NCBI GenBank assembly: GCA_002269645.1
Contig: NIVC01000553.1
Location: forward strand, 601,437-665,436
Source: Macrostomum lignano
Lineage: Eukaryota
Direction: 5' to 3'
Length of the DNA: 64,000 nt
A program made the translations under genes and the position numbers. Below, piece by piece: positions 21,701-34,445 of the stretch. Position 1 is the stretch's first letter. Each line of letters starts with the position of its first letter. The notes beneath the pieces were generated by a model. It was given only the letters and a program-made list of their open reading frames with translations, searched no databases and was not told the origin of the DNA.

Positions 21701-22566
21701 TCCGTTCGAATAAAACGAGATTAACGCGTCGACCACCGGCCAATCCTCAATCTCCGAGTTGAGTATGACAGACTCTTCGAATATAATGAGTCGAATATAG
21801 GGGAATCTGCATAACCGAGTTAGAATAGCCGTCATGGGCTTGGACTTGACCTTCTTAGCCATGGCGCAGAGGCCAAGCAGGATTGGCCTACTGCAGCCTG
21901 GCATCTTTGGCGTTGGCGGCTGACTGGTGCAGCGGCTTCCAATACTGCGGCTTCGGCCGTCCGCTGCTGCTGTACCGCTTTTAGTAGCAGCAGTAGGCTC
22001 AATGGAACCGCTCCTCCGATGCTCGCAACTAGTATTGACTACTTCTGCAGAAGAAATATTAGCAATATATATATATAATATGTCGATTTAACCAGTCGGC
22101 TCTAGCCTATAAGCTTTTAGGAGCAGGAGATGTAGAGAGGCAGGGTGTTGCTGCTGGCACATTTATGTTCGAACAGGGCCTGGGCAGTTCTCTCACGCCC
22201 ACCCCCTCACCTTGTCTTTCCTCTCCGCCTCCCCGCCAGCTCTGCTGTACTGATAAACCCGCTTCTCAGACTATCTCAAATTCAGCCAACGAATAAGCTA
22301 TTAATAGACTACTTTACTTGAGATTGAGAAGTACCTTCTCTAGACTAAGATGGCGAAGTGGATTGTTCAAATAAAAATTAGGTTATGAATAAATGATGGA
22401 GGTACAGAGTAGGCTCACTGATTTGAAAGCGGGTCTGCTTCGCTGGAGACTTAGCTGGCGATGCCTCGGTTCCGGTTCCGGTTGCTGCCTGGTTGCTGCT
22501 GCTATGACCTTGTTGACTATGCTCAGCTCCCAGCTCTGCTTTATTAACGTCCGGCTCTGTTGCCAT
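9760..22566 (-). CDS. PPIP5K: Inositol hexakisphosphate/diphosphoinositol-pentakisphosphate kinase (PPIP5K/Vip1): ATP-grasp kinase plus histidine acid phosphatase domain, about 1400 aa
   Basis: Phase-consistent exons: 22566-22419, 22044-21678, 20648-20237, 19356-18913, 18311-17908, 17524-17251, 16689-16124, 13312-12838, 12393-12012 (acceptor uncertain), 11700-11494, 10283-9760. Motifs [60 protein letters not shown] (RHGxRxP), [32 protein letters not shown]. Confidence 0.93.
10353..11400. repeat. 21-bp intronic minisatellite (cacttccccaggaagacacac)
   Basis: About 50 copies. The unit length is divisible by 3, which explains stop-free ORFs in several frames. Confidence 0.97.
11738..12000. repeat. 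20-bp intronic minisatellite (agatctaatggcagtctaac)
   Basis: About 13 copies filling most of a 311-bp intron. Confidence 0.95.
12431..12810. repeat. 14-bp intronic minisatellite (ctgcactagtcact)
   Basis: About 27 near-perfect copies. Confidence 0.97.
13390..13421 (-). mobile_element. Short remnant of the 3' domain of the SINE at 6433-6691
   Basis: Reverse complement agggcttgctgtacaccccgtgtgagcgtgtg versus the SINE's agggccgctgtacactcctgtgtgagtgtgtg. Confidence 0.5.
13655..14255. repeat. Degenerate telomere-like minisatellite (cctaacctacaacctaaa), ending in (CCCTAA)n
   Basis: About 18-bp variable units; ctaaccctaaccctaacc at about 14234-14251. Confidence 0.9.
14730..15312. repeat. 20-bp intronic minisatellite (catcgacaccttccaatcaa / catcgaaacctgtcaatcaa)
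   Basis: About 29 copies with a gradient between two variants along the array. Confidence 0.95.
15379..15423 (-). CDS. PPIP5K: Candidate 45-nt phase-2/phase-2 cassette exon of PPIP5K ([14 protein letters not shown])
   Basis: Acceptor tttacag, donor gtgagt, length 45 and no stop. Phases match the flanking junction 16124/13312. Confidence 0.5.
15705..16050. repeat. 20-bp minisatellite (tgaggtcagaggtcaacatt) made of AGGTCA-N-AGGTCA (DR1) motifs
   Basis: About 16 units, 10 of them with a perfect RGGTCA-N-AGGTCA. Confidence 0.93.
16715..17185. repeat. 40-bp intronic minisatellite (gggtgtacagttgctactgcaagactggctggtacacaga)
   Basis: About 12 near-identical head-to-tail copies with no unique spacers. 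Confidence 0.97.
17545..17870. repeat. 23-bp intronic minisatellite (tgagtgatgtacagcagacttaa), degenerating toward 17870
   Basis: Tandem copies directly visible. Confidence 0.9.
18520..18875. repeat. About 43-bp C-rich intronic minisatellite
   Basis: Unit cttaaaacacccaccaccccattccgcccggctgcctcacact, about 8 diverged copies. Confidence 0.88.
19463..19648. mobile_element. Small MITE-like inverted-repeat element
   Basis: cccagagtcacttacgtcggcccagagt (about 19462-19489) versus actctgggcgacgcaagtgactcaggg (about 19620-19646). Many internal GACTCT/AGAGTC motifs; no clear TSD. Confidence 0.5.
20685..21630. repeat. 28-bp G-rich intronic minisatellite (gggttctagggtaagggagtgaggtagt)
   Basis: About 33 copies filling nearly all of a 1029-bp intron. 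Confidence 0.97.
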
Positions 22567-24299
22567 CAAATTTCTAGCAAAAATAAAAATACAAACAAAT
22601 ACTAATAGTCGAAGCTCTTAGGCCGAGGTTACCAGGACATTTTCTTATTTTTCTTGCTATAATAAAAACAGATTCAAGCCGTTGAGATAGATTTCTCCTG
22701 TTAAAAAAAGGCAAATGACTAATAGCCTCACTCACTTCTCAATTGAAAGCCGTTACTAAACGTTTCCTTCTAGTTTGCAAAGAAAGCAGCGAAAAAACGA
22801 GTTAAAGCTTGGATGGACTTAGTAAAGCCGTCCTGAACTGCTAAGGCTTTACTTTAAGCTGAAATCGCCGCCGCGGAATAGAAGCAAGGGTTTTTGAAGG
22901 GGTGGCGGGCCGTCCGAAAGCGGAACGCGATCTCATATGTACATTTCTGTTTAAGGTGGGGGAGAGAATCGTGGGGTTAACTGTGTACATTCAGGACAAA
23001 CCGTATGTACACTACGGGCATCACTTGAATTCAGATGGGCTTCTACTTTACTCGCGCGTGGGTCATGCTGAAATTCCTTGCCCCCGCCGCGAGTGTAGGA
23101 AGGAGGAGAGTTCCAAGGTCTCCCAACCCCTTACCCCTCCTTTTCACACCCTAGTCCCCCAGCTGGGTGTACAGGCGCGCTTGGGCGTACAGCCAGGCTC
23201 TCCTTTCCTATCCTTTCTTTTTCGCTAATTATAAATAAAAAGTGCATTCTATACTACCCAACTAAGTAACACATGTTCATGAAATGCGCGCGACGAAAAA
23301 AATTTCATCGATTTTTAAATTGCTCTTCATTCGTTTCCTCGGTTGCTGACTGTAAAACTGCGAGCGTAATATGTAAAACAAGATCTATACCATGAAGGCT
23401 ACATTTAAGAGACAGAACTAAACAGTAGTATTAAAACTTTAAATCGTAACTTTTCATATTAATTTTTATCTAATTCAAATTTAATCTAATTTAATTTTAA
23501 CTCTTACCACATAGGCAGAAGAGGTATTTAAAGATGGTAATTATGCTACAAAGAGACCCCCCTCCCTCCAAGATAAGAATCCTGACTACTCCATTAGAAG
23601 AAAACAGCTTTCTCGCTCCAAACCTGAAAACGTTTTTTTCTCATTATGGGATGTATCGCATCTGTCTTAGAAAGACAAGTTCGTAGCAAATATTTTTGGA
23701 ACCTTTTTGGGCGCGTCAGCTTCTGGGCGCGCGGCAATCACGGAGTTTTATTGGTTAAAAATTCGAATTCAAATTGGTGAATGAAAAGGAGCATTGTTAA
23801 AGTCAGATAAATAACATTTAACTTCATTAAAACACATTTAAACACATTATAAACGTTTCTTTATAGAATTTAAGTGTTCATTGTTATTTTCTCCTGAAAA
23901 GACACAATTATTCGCATCTGACATGCATACCTGCCTAGACTACCACTCAGTAGTATGGTAAGGTAAATATATTTAACATGACTGTAAGTTTCAACAGAAA
24001 AATGACATGATCTGCAAGGTTGCTGCATTTGTCTTCTATGCAACAATTAGCTCTGATTAATCTTACCCGTAACCGATTACGAGGTCTACTTAGAGATTTA
24101 AATGTGGCCCAATAACCCCAGGTCATAACATATTTCTACCTAAAGGCCCAATCATCTTGCTGGGGGCGCTCTGCTTTTAGTAGAAACAAGACCAGCCAAG
24201 AAACCGATTTCAGAATATTACGTTCGGACACTGTTTGCTGACAGACCCAAACTGGCGTATATACCGCCCCAACACCCCGCCCCAGGCTCCCTGCCTCAT

Positions 24300-25150
24300 C
24301 GTTGCCCAGATTTCTCCCAACTCGGGCTGGAATGTTTTTTATAAAGTTAAGGAAAAAATCCTGTGGGGATATTCTCCCATCCGAGTCCCCCCTCCCGACG
24401 TGGGCAAAAGCGCGCCAGACGGTTTAAAAGCAAAAAATCCCCATCCGGATTGCGGCGTTTCAGCTGGTGCAGCAATTCTCGCTTCTTCGAACGAATTGCC
24501 TCCTCCCCAGGCCCCAAGCAGTCTGGCATGCCCTCATCCACCTGAGAGTTTGGCCTAACCTGTTCCTCCTTCCGGCCAGAGCGATGCGGCCAGAGATCGA
24601 AGGAAAATAGCTGCGAAATGATCCAAATGCAGACCAACTGGCGGCGGAAAGAAAGCTGCGCTGCAGACTTTGTGGAATCTCAGAAAAATGTGGAGTGAAG
24701 GGGGGAGAATCGTGTGAAAAAAATCTGCAAAAATCACCAACAGATGCCTACTAGATTTGTATCGATAGAGGACGAAAATGAGGACGCCCAATCTGGTTGA
24801 GACTTGCTCCGCCTCGGACTGCAATTGACAGGGAGGAAAAGAAGCTCTCTACCTGAAATTATCCTTATACAGAGGCCCAGATTAGTACGAGATAGGAGTC
24901 TCTCACATCCTGATAAATTATATCCCTTTTTTCACCCTGAGACCGTGAGAAGCGTGAGGCGTGACTATAGCTTAAGTCATGTCTAATTGAATAAGGCCAG
25001 CCCAACCGCCCAGCCGCCCAACCCCAAATTGCAGAGATAAAAAATCCATGCAACTCTAGGGGTAGGTAAGGTTGGTGATCGTGAGGACTTCTTTGAAAAA
25101 AAGTTTTGAAGTCCCAGATTCCTGGGAATGGGAGGCCCACTTGTTCGTGA
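24300..25150 (-). mobile_element. Highly degraded non-LTR (L1/Tx1-like) RT remnant
   Basis: ORF 24347-24637 contains ARFCPRREGGLGWEN, matching the LINE RT-thumb PxxxGGLG motif. The surrounding frames are broken. Confidence 0.35.
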
Positions 25151-26281
25151 TTAATGAGAGATGTCCTGCTGGATGAATCAGCTAAAAGAGAGAGAGAGCG
25201 AGAGAGTCAGGCTCCCAGCTGAGTAAGAAACTGCCGGTGGGGATGCAAATTTCTCGTATCCCAAGAATGGGGATCAGTGGAGCAAGACAAACTTATTCAA
25301 TTGAGTCTTCAATGATGTCAAGGTGAGCGCAATATGTCATCGGAAGTTATTTAACTGTCTCGTCTGTCTCTGCATGTTTCTCTACCATTGTTTGTCACAT
25401 GGCTACCGGAGCGTTGAATGCGCTTCCCCAGTGTATTTCTTTTATAAGTTGACCAGTGCAGTGTGACAGTTTAGCGTCACCGATACCCAATTTCGGTTAA
25501 GCTATAAGACAGAACGTCGCAACGCACTTGTTTTTGCTGAATTCGTAATTTCAAGTTACAGACATGGCAGCGTTTAAAACTAAAACCTTTAGAACTGAGA
25601 TGAAGTCTTTCTTGTCAAAGTGATAGGGGAGACATGGGCCTGTCACTGCTCTTCCCTCCCCCGTTCTGTTGACAATTGGAGACCCCAACCACAAAATCCA
25701 CTCAAAAAACTGGGAAACCACACTTGACCTTGACAAGGCGGCTTCCTTTTCGGAGCTTTGTTCTGCTCTAACCGCAGAATATTCACTAATAAATGGCTTC
25801 AGTAAAATAATGGCTCTATAAAAGCATAGGAGACTATCTAGCTAGCCCGAGCAAAAAGCAATTTTGGCGACGAGAGGGGTAGAAGCCAGACTAATTCTAT
25901 AGACACTTATCCCACCGGGCTTCAGGCATGTTCGCCCCCCCCCCCCGAGATCCCTGTTGCAGCGCACCTTCTTACTTCCTCCACCCACATGGGACCGTGC
26001 GAATTTTTGCTGCACAGCATCAGCTGGGCCGGCGCTGTGAGCGGAACACGAAAGCCCGCCAGCAGCACTGCGTGACCGGCTTTGTCAGTATAGAATATAT
26101 TGGCTTCCATTCATGAATGAGGTGAGGTCGGAAATTACAACAAGTGAAACTAATTAAAATTAGTGCGTTTTATTGCTTCGTATCTACACTGCAGATTGAT
26201 TAGTTTCACGAATTCCGAGAGGTAACGAGAACAGTTTTACACGACCATAGATGTAGTCTGTAAGTTTTATTAAAAATTTTA

Positions 26282-26356
26282 ACCTTCGGGACCTTCGGGA
26301 CCTTCGGGACCTTCGGGACCTTCGGGACCTTCGGGACCTTCGGGACCTTCGGGACT
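26282..26356. repeat. 9-bp tandem repeat (accttcggg)x8
   Basis: Perfect tandem copies. Confidence 0.95.
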
Positions 26357-27474
26357 TTCTGTGGAATTTCAAAATGGAGATTTTGTAGATTTTGTAAAGA
26401 TACAGAATGGAAACAGTCTGTGCTTCAATTTCATGGAAACATTTCAAATAAAATTGTGACGGAGGAAGCCCCATGGTAGCCCCATGGTAAACGACAGCTA
26501 TTTATGCCACTCTATGCTGGACTCCATTATAGCCATAAGGTCTAGATTGGAAGCGACTGCACCGCATTTCCAACAGTTAAACTCCACTTGTGCAACTGCT
26601 TTATCAGCAGCTGTTTGGCATGCCCCTGTGTTGTTGACCATGCCATGCATTTAGTGGGGGCCAGCGAGCGCCACTTTCTCTGAAAGCAACAAAAAACGGG
26701 AAACGACTTGAGCAATAAAAATCCTCCTCTTTGACCAAAAGCTCCCACTTTTCCAACCCAGAGTGGCCACTTTGTGGGGAGAGCCCGGGCCATTATTCAC
26801 ACTTTTACCCTGTTGCAGTCAAGCCGGAAAAATGCGCAGAAAAAAAGCGCTGAAAGATTCCATAGGCCAGATCCCAGAGCTGCTTTTAAAAGCTGCATGC
26901 CCAAGAGGGGACAGGCTTGCTCTTTACAAAATCTGCCAGGCTCTATGATGAAGCATCTGGAGCTAAGAATGCAGGCATCAAGTTTCTAAAGTCGCCAAAG
27001 GCTGACGCATATCGAGGATCGATGTCAAAAAAATTAATTAACCAACAGGGGCATGGGGCAGTCAGGTGATAAAGTTGCCTTGAGAGCAAAGAAATCCCCA
27101 GATGATTTGCACTGTTGGAATTTCGATTTGTCAAAAAATAAGCATAAAATAATATTATATGCAAATTTCTAGCCAATGCAATTGCCTCGAAGTTATCTTT
27201 AACCCTGGAGAATTGACTTTGCGACAGTGAAAAGTGGCCAGTTGCAGTGCCAGAAGGCGAAGATGGCAGAAATAATTTAAATTTTTATTGAAAAATTTGG
27301 CTCTCTTGTGGGGGTTTGGGCCTAAGTTCGACTCCGCTTGCATTCAGCCACATTAGGGATTTGGATTTCTTGCACGGAAATTCAGTCTGCGACGACCCCC
27401 ATGAGGGTCAATCTCCAACGCGCAGTGTACATTAATTTGGCCTATTCCAAGCCTTGCCAGTTGAATTCACAGGG

Positions 27475-30400
27475 ATTGTCTATGGTCCAACCTGTGTGTT
27501 GTCTATGGTCCAACTTGCGTGTTGTGTATGGTCCAACCTGCGATCTGTCTATGGTTCAACCTGCGAGCTGTCTATGGTCCAACTTGTGTGTTGTCCATGG
27601 TCCAACTTGCGTGTTGTGTATGGTCCAACCTGCGAGCTGTCTATGGTTCAACCTGCGAGCTGTCTATGGTCCAACTTGTGTGTTGTCCATGGTCCAACCT
27701 GTGTGTTGTGTTGTGTATGGTCCAACCTGCGAGCTGTCTATGGTTCAACCTGCGAGCTGTCTATGGTCCAACTTGTGTGTTGTGTATGGTCCAACTTGCG
27801 TGTTGTGTATGGTCCAACTTGTGTGTTGTGTATGGTCCAACTTGCGTGTTGTGTATGGTCCAACTTGCGTGTTGTGTATGGTCCAACCTGTGTGTTGTGT
27901 TGTGTATGGTCCAATCTGCGAGCTGTCTATGATCCAACCTGCGAGCTGTCTATGGTTCAACCTGCGAGCTGTCTATGGTTCAACCTGCGAGCTGTCTATG
28001 GTCCAACCTGTGTGTTGTGTTGTGTATGGTCCAACCTGCGAGCTGTCTATGGTTCAACCTGCGAGCTGTCTATGGTCCAACTTGTGTGTTGTGTATGGTC
28101 CAACTTGCGTGTTGTGTATGGTCCAACTTGTGTGTTGTGTATGGTCCAACTTGCGTGTTGTGTATGGTCCAACTTGCGTGTTGTGTATGGTCCAACCTGT
28201 GTGTTGTGTTGTGTATGGTCCAATCTGCGAGCTGTCTATGATCCAACCTGCGAGCTGTCTATGGTTCAACCTGCGAGCTGTCTATGGTCCAACTTGTGTG
28301 TTGTGTATGGTCCAACCTGCGAGCTGTCTATGGTTCAACCTGCGAGCTGTCTATGGTCCAACTTGTGTGTTGTCTATGGTCCAACTTGCGTGTTGTGTAT
28401 GGTCCAACTTGTGTGCTGTGTATGGTCCAACTTGCGTGTTGTGTATGGTCCAACTTGCGTGTTGTGTATGGTCCAACTTGCGTGTTGTGTATGGTCCAAC
28501 TTGCGTGTTGTGTATGGTCCAACCTGTGTGTTGTGTTGTGTATGGTCCAATCTGCGAGCTGTCTATGGTCCAACCTGCGAGCTGTCTATGGTTCAACCTG
28601 CGAGCTGTCTATGGTCCAACTTGTGTGTTGTCCATGGTCCAACTTGCGTGTTGTGTATGGTCCAACCTGCGAGCTGTCTATGGTTCAACCTGCGAGCTGT
28701 CTATGGTCCAACTTGTGTGTTGTGTATGGTCCAACTTGCGTGTTGTGTATGGTCCAACTTGTGTGTTGTGTATGGTCCAACTTGCGTGTTGTGTATGGTC
28801 CAACTTGCGTGTTGTGTATGGTCCAACCTGTGTGTTGTGTTGTGTATGGTCCAATCTGCGAGCTGTCTATGATCCAACCTGCGAGCTGTCTATGGTTCAA
28901 CCTGCGAGCTGTCTATGGTCCAACTTGTGTGTTGTCCATGGTCCAACTTGCGTGTTGTGTATGGTCCAACCTGCGAGCTGTCTATGGTTCAACCTGCGAG
29001 CTGTCTATGGTCCAACTTGTGTGTTGTCTATGGTCCAACTTGCGTGTTGTGTATGGTCCAACTTGTGTGTTGTGTATGGTCCAACTTGCGTGTTGTGTAT
29101 GGTCCAACTTGCGTGTTGTGTATGGTCCAACTTGCGTGTTGTGTATGGTCCAACTTGCGTGTTGTGTATGGTCCAACCTGTGTGTTGTGTTGTGTATGGT
29201 CCAATCTGCGAGCTGTCTATGGTCCAACCTGCGAGCTGTCTATGGTTCAACCTGCGAGCTGTCTATGGTCCAACTTGTGTGTTGTCCATGGTCCAACTTG
29301 CGTGTTGTGTATGGTCCAACCTGCGAGCTGTCTATGGTTCAACCTGCGAGCTGTCTATGGTCCAACTTGTGTGTTGTGTATGGTCCAACTTGCGTGTTGT
29401 GTATGGTCCAACTTGTGTGTTGTGTATGGTCCAACTTGCGTGTTGTGTATGGTCCAACTTGCGTGTTGTGTATGGTCCAACTTGCGTGTTGTGTATGGTC
29501 CAACCTGTGTGTTGTGTTGTGTATGGTCCAATCTGCGAGCTGTCTATGATCCAACCTGCGAGCTGTCTATGGTTCAACCTGCGAGCTGTCTATGGTCCAA
29601 CTTGTGTGTTGTCCATGGTCCAACTTGCGTGTTGTGTATGGTCCAACCTGCGAGCTGTCTATGGTTCAACCTGCGAGCTGTCTATGGTCCAACTTGTGTG
29701 TTGTCTATGGTCCAACTTGCGTGTTGTGTATGGTCCAACTTGTGTGTTGTGTATGGTCCAACTTGCGTGTTGTGTATGGTCCAACTTGCGTGTTGTGTAT
29801 GGTCCAACTTGCGTGTTGTGTATGGTCCAACTTGCGTGTTGTGTATGGTCCAACCTGTGTGTTGTGTTGTGTATGGTCCAATCTGCGAGCTGTCTATGGT
29901 CCAACCTGCGAGCTGTCTATGGTTCAACCTGCGAGCTGTCTATGGTCCAACTTGTGTGTTGTCCATGGTCCAACTTGCGTGTTGTGTATGGTCCAACCTG
30001 CGAGCTGTCTATGGTTCAACCTGCGAGCTGTCTATGGTCCAACTTGTGTGTTGTGTATGGTCCAACTTGCGTGTTGTGTATGGTCCAACTTGTGTGTTGT
30101 GTATGGTCCAACTTGCGTGTTGTGTATGGTCCAACTTGCGTGTTGTGTATGGTCCAACTTGCGTGTTGTGTATGGTCCAACTTGCGTGTTGTGTATGGTC
30201 CAACCTGTGTGTTGTGTTGTGTATGGTCCAACCTGCGAGCTGTCTATGGTTCAACCTGCGAGCTGTCTATGGTCCAACTTGTGTGTTGTCTATGGTCCAA
30301 CTTGCGTGTTGTGTATGGTCCAACTTGTGTGTTGTGTATGGTCCAACTTGTGTGTTGTGTATGGTCCAACTTGCGTGTTGTGTATGGTCCAACTTGCGTG

Positions 30401-30540
30401 TTGTGTATGGTCCAACCTGTGTGTTGTGTTGTGTATGGTCCAATCTGCGAGCTGTCTATGGTCCAACCTGTGTGTTGTCTATGGTCCAACCTGCGAGCTG
30501 TCTATGGTCCAAACGGTGCGCTGTCTATGGCTCAACCTGC
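27475..30540. repeat. 3-kb 23-bp satellite (tatggtccaacttgcgtgttgtg / tatggttcaacctgcgagctgtc) with higher-order structure
   Basis: About 130 units. The rare tatgatcc variant recurs at spacings of 309, 631 and 677 bp (ORF ends 27932, 28241, 28872, 29549). Confidence 0.97.
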
Positions 30541-31596
30541 ATGCGACTAACAATCAGAATGGCTTTGTTGTCATCCAGCCCTCTATAGCGAATTTCCAAT
30601 TCAAGGAAAGCCAATGAGTAACCATCTCATAAATCTCAGATTCCCAAACTGTCTTTTATAATCCAATTTAAGCGAATGCATCTGGCCAATCCGTTTGTTT
30701 GCTAAAGAAATCCAGCCGCCACAGACAGTTCACAAATACTGGAATGGGTTCTGGCTGTCTGGCGTCTCAGAGAAGGCAGACTTTGCTGCTGCGAGATCTT
30801 CTAATAGGAAAGCCGGGGCTGACTCATTCGCCAATTTTTATTCCCCCTCTTCCCAATCTCCCGCCTCCCGTTTCTCCCCATCCCCAAGTGACCCATCCGT
30901 CTGCTGGTCAGCCGCGCAACTCCCCCCCCCCCTTTGCCGGTCTCATTAAAGCTATTCCATTATTCCCGACGAAAAAAGGCTCGAGTGCCCACGGCTCGAA
31001 CACGTACGGGAGGCTCTCTTAGGCTATAATCCCTCTAAAGGAGAGACAGACCCATGCCAGAGTGAGCAGCTCGATTTGCACCGGGATTAGATGCCCCCTT
31101 CCCCCCTGACCATCTCCAGAGTTTGAGAGTAGAGCTGCAATTTTTTCCTATCTAGTTGCTAACCAAATTTGGTAAGGGGAGTTTTTTTATTGACACAATC
31201 GGCGTTGAGGATTGCAGACTTGATTCTTTCGGGAAGTCTCATAGTTTTCCTCGTGTTTTCCAGGTAGGCAGCAAAGCCTGTCTATTTTCATCTCTGCCAT
31301 TCAATATTTGCTGAAGGCTCAGGGTTGTTTCAATAATAGGGTCTTTGTCGGCGTATTTTTTTTGTCTGAATTCAATTTTTGTTTAAATAAATCCGCATTT
31401 GAACCCCAGTCCCTGATGCGGCTCCCGTGTCAAAGCACTGACTTGGAGCAATCGGGAGGTCAGTGTGTCACGGTTCAGGCGAATGGTTACGAGGGTTGCG
31501 TAATATTTTATTGAAGGATAGAGCAACAAAGAGCAGAATACAGTCAGAGAAAACAAAGACTCTATTCAAGTTGACACAGATTAACATATTTAATTC

Positions 31597-33695
31597 CCAC
31601 ACTGAAGTCCCACACCGAAGTCCCACACTGGAGTCCCACGCCGAAGTCCCACACTTGAGTCCCACACGGAAGTGCCACACTGAAGTCCTACACTGGAGTC
31701 CTACACTGAAATCCCACACCAAAGTCCTTTACTGGAGTCCCACATTGGAGTCCCACACTGGATTCCACACTGGATTCCCACACTGGAGTCCCACACTGAA
31801 GTCCCACACTGAAGTCCCACACCGAAGTCCCACACTGGAGTCCCACACCGAAGTCCCACACTTGAGTCCCACATGGAAGTGCCACACTGAAGTCCTACAC
31901 TGGAGTCCCACACTGAAATCCCACACCAAAGTCCTTTACTGGAGTCCCACATTGGAGTCCCACACTGGATTTCACACTGGATTCCCACACTGGAGTCCCA
32001 CACTGAAGTCCCACACTAAAGTCCCACACTGGATCCCACACTTGATCCCTCACTGGAATCCCACACTGGAGTCCCACATTGGATCCCACACTGGAGTCCC
32101 ACACTGGAGTCCCACACTGAATCCCACACTGGAGTCCCACACTGGATCCCACACTGGAGTCCCACACTGAAGTCCCACACTGGAGTCCCACACTGGAGTC
32201 CCACACTGGAGTCCCACACTGGATCCCACACTGAAGTCTCACACTGGAGTCCCACACTGGATCCCTCACTGGAGTCCCACACTGGAGTCCCACAATGGAG
32301 TCCCACACTGAAGTCCCACACTAAAGTCCCACACTGAAGTCCCACACTGGAGTCCCACACTGGCGTCCCACACTGGCGTCCCACACTGGCGTCCCACACT
32401 GGAGTCCCACATTGGAGTCCCACACTGGAGTCCCACATTGGATCCCACACTGGAGTCCCACACTGGAGTTCCGCACTGGATCCCACATTGAAGTCCCACA
32501 CTGGATCCCACACTGAAGTCTCACACTGGAGTCCCACACTGGATCCCACACTGGAGTCCCACATTGGATGCAACACTGGAGTCCCACACTGGATCCCACA
32601 CTGGAGTCCCACATTGGATCCCACACTGGAGTCCCACATTGGATCCAACACTGGAGTCCCATATTGGATTCCAACACTGAGTCCCACACTGGAGTCCCAC
32701 ATTAGATCCAACACTGGAGTCCCACACTGAAGTCCCACACTGGAGTCCAACATTGGATCCCACACTGGAGTCCCACACTGGATCCCACACTGAAGTCCCA
32801 CACTGGATCCCCCACTGAAGTCTCACACTGGAGTCCCACACTGGATCCCACACTGAAGTCCCACACTGGATCCCCCACTGAAGTCTCACACTGGAGTCCC
32901 ACACTGGATCCCACACTGGATCCCACACTGGAGTCCCACACTGGATCCCACACAGGAGTTCCGCACTGGATCCCACATTGAAGTCCCACACTGGATCCCA
33001 CACTGAAGTCTCACACTGGAGTCCCACACTGGATCCCAACACTGAGTCCCACACTGGAGTCCCACATTAGATCCAACACTGAAGTCCCACACTGGAGTCC
33101 CACACTGGATCCCACACTGGAGTCCCACATTAGATCCAACACTGGAGTCCCACACTGGAGTCCCACACTGGATCCCACACTGGAGTCCCACACTGGATCC
33201 CACACTGAAGTCCCACACTGGATCCCAACACTGAGTCCCACACTGGAGTCCCACATTAGATCCAACACTGAAGTCCCACACTGGAGTCCCACACTGGATC
33301 CCACACTGGAGTCCCACATTAGATCCAACACTGGAGTCCCACACTGAAGTCCCACACTGGAGTCCCACATTAGATCCAACACTGAAGTCCCACACTGGAG
33401 TCCCACACTGGATCCCACACTGAAGTCCCACACTGGATCCCACACTGGAGTCCCACACTGGATCCCACACTGGAGTCCCACACTGGATCCCACACTGAAG
33501 TCCCACACTGAAGTCCCACACTGGATCCCACACTGGAGTCCCACACTGGATCCCACACTGGAGTCCCACACTGGATCCCACACTGGAGTCCCACACTGGA
33601 TCCCACACTGAAGTCCCACACTGAAGTCCCACACTGGATCCCACACTAAAGTCCCACACTGGAGTCCCACACTGGAGTCCCACACTGGATCCAAC
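31597..33695. repeat. 2.1-kb 12/13-bp satellite (ggagtcccacact / ggatcccacact)
   Basis: Mixed 12- and 13-bp units, with an internal duplicated block near 31600-32000. Confidence 0.97.
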
Positions 33696-34214
33696 ACACA
33701 GGGTAACTTTGAAATACTCGAAGAAAATGCTTATAAAGCATGAAGCGCAGCTGCAAGTACCGAGCTGACATTTTTCAACATGGCGCAGTTTCAGATTTTT
33801 CTTCCCAGAAAATCTGCTTACATTCTGGCCTGATAGCAAAGCGGTTAAAGATTTTCTTGTTGCAAAAATTCAACCCAGCATGCGTAGAATTCGACTGTAG
33901 ATGATAACAGCCTCTCGTATCCGACAGCAAACCCGACCTACCTGCACTTTGATTGATCTATTTGGTTGCTGGGTGGGCAAATCCTTGCTGATCGTCTGTC
34001 AGTTTTGAAGTTTTAGTGTCAGTATTGGTGGTGATTAATTACTATGTTTAATAAAATTTAAACTAGATGTTCAAGAGATAAAATCTATGATATTTTCGTG
34101 GTCTTTTCAATGTCGTCCTTAAGTCTATTGTCACCGATATGAACACTGAACTTGATAGTTTTAAGAGTGCGTCTATACACAATCTAGTTTAATTCAAAAT
34201 TTGATTGCAATCCT

Positions 34215-34445
34215 CTAGATCCGCTCATTTTCCCGTAGATCTGCTCATATTCCCGTAGATCCGCTCATAGTCCTGTAGATCTGTTTAAATTCAAATTCCC
34301 ATACCTAGATCTGCTCAGACTCCAATAGATCTGCTCATATTCCCGTAGATCTGCTCATACTCCCATAGATCTGCTCAGCCCTGTAGACCTGCTCATATTC
34401 CTGTAGATATATTTAAATTCAAATTCCCGTAGATCTGCTCATAGC
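34215..34445. repeat. Degenerate about 20-bp minisatellite (tagatctgctcatattcccg)
   Basis: About 10 diverged copies. Confidence 0.8.

Noticed and set aside
27338-30617. ORFs up to 1070 aa (Cys/Val-rich)
   Set aside because: Translation of a 23-bp satellite whose plus strand nearly lacks stop codons. All three frames give the same peptide repeats.
31463-33839. Many overlapping VWDSSVGLQCG-type ORFs
   Set aside because: 12/13-bp satellite.
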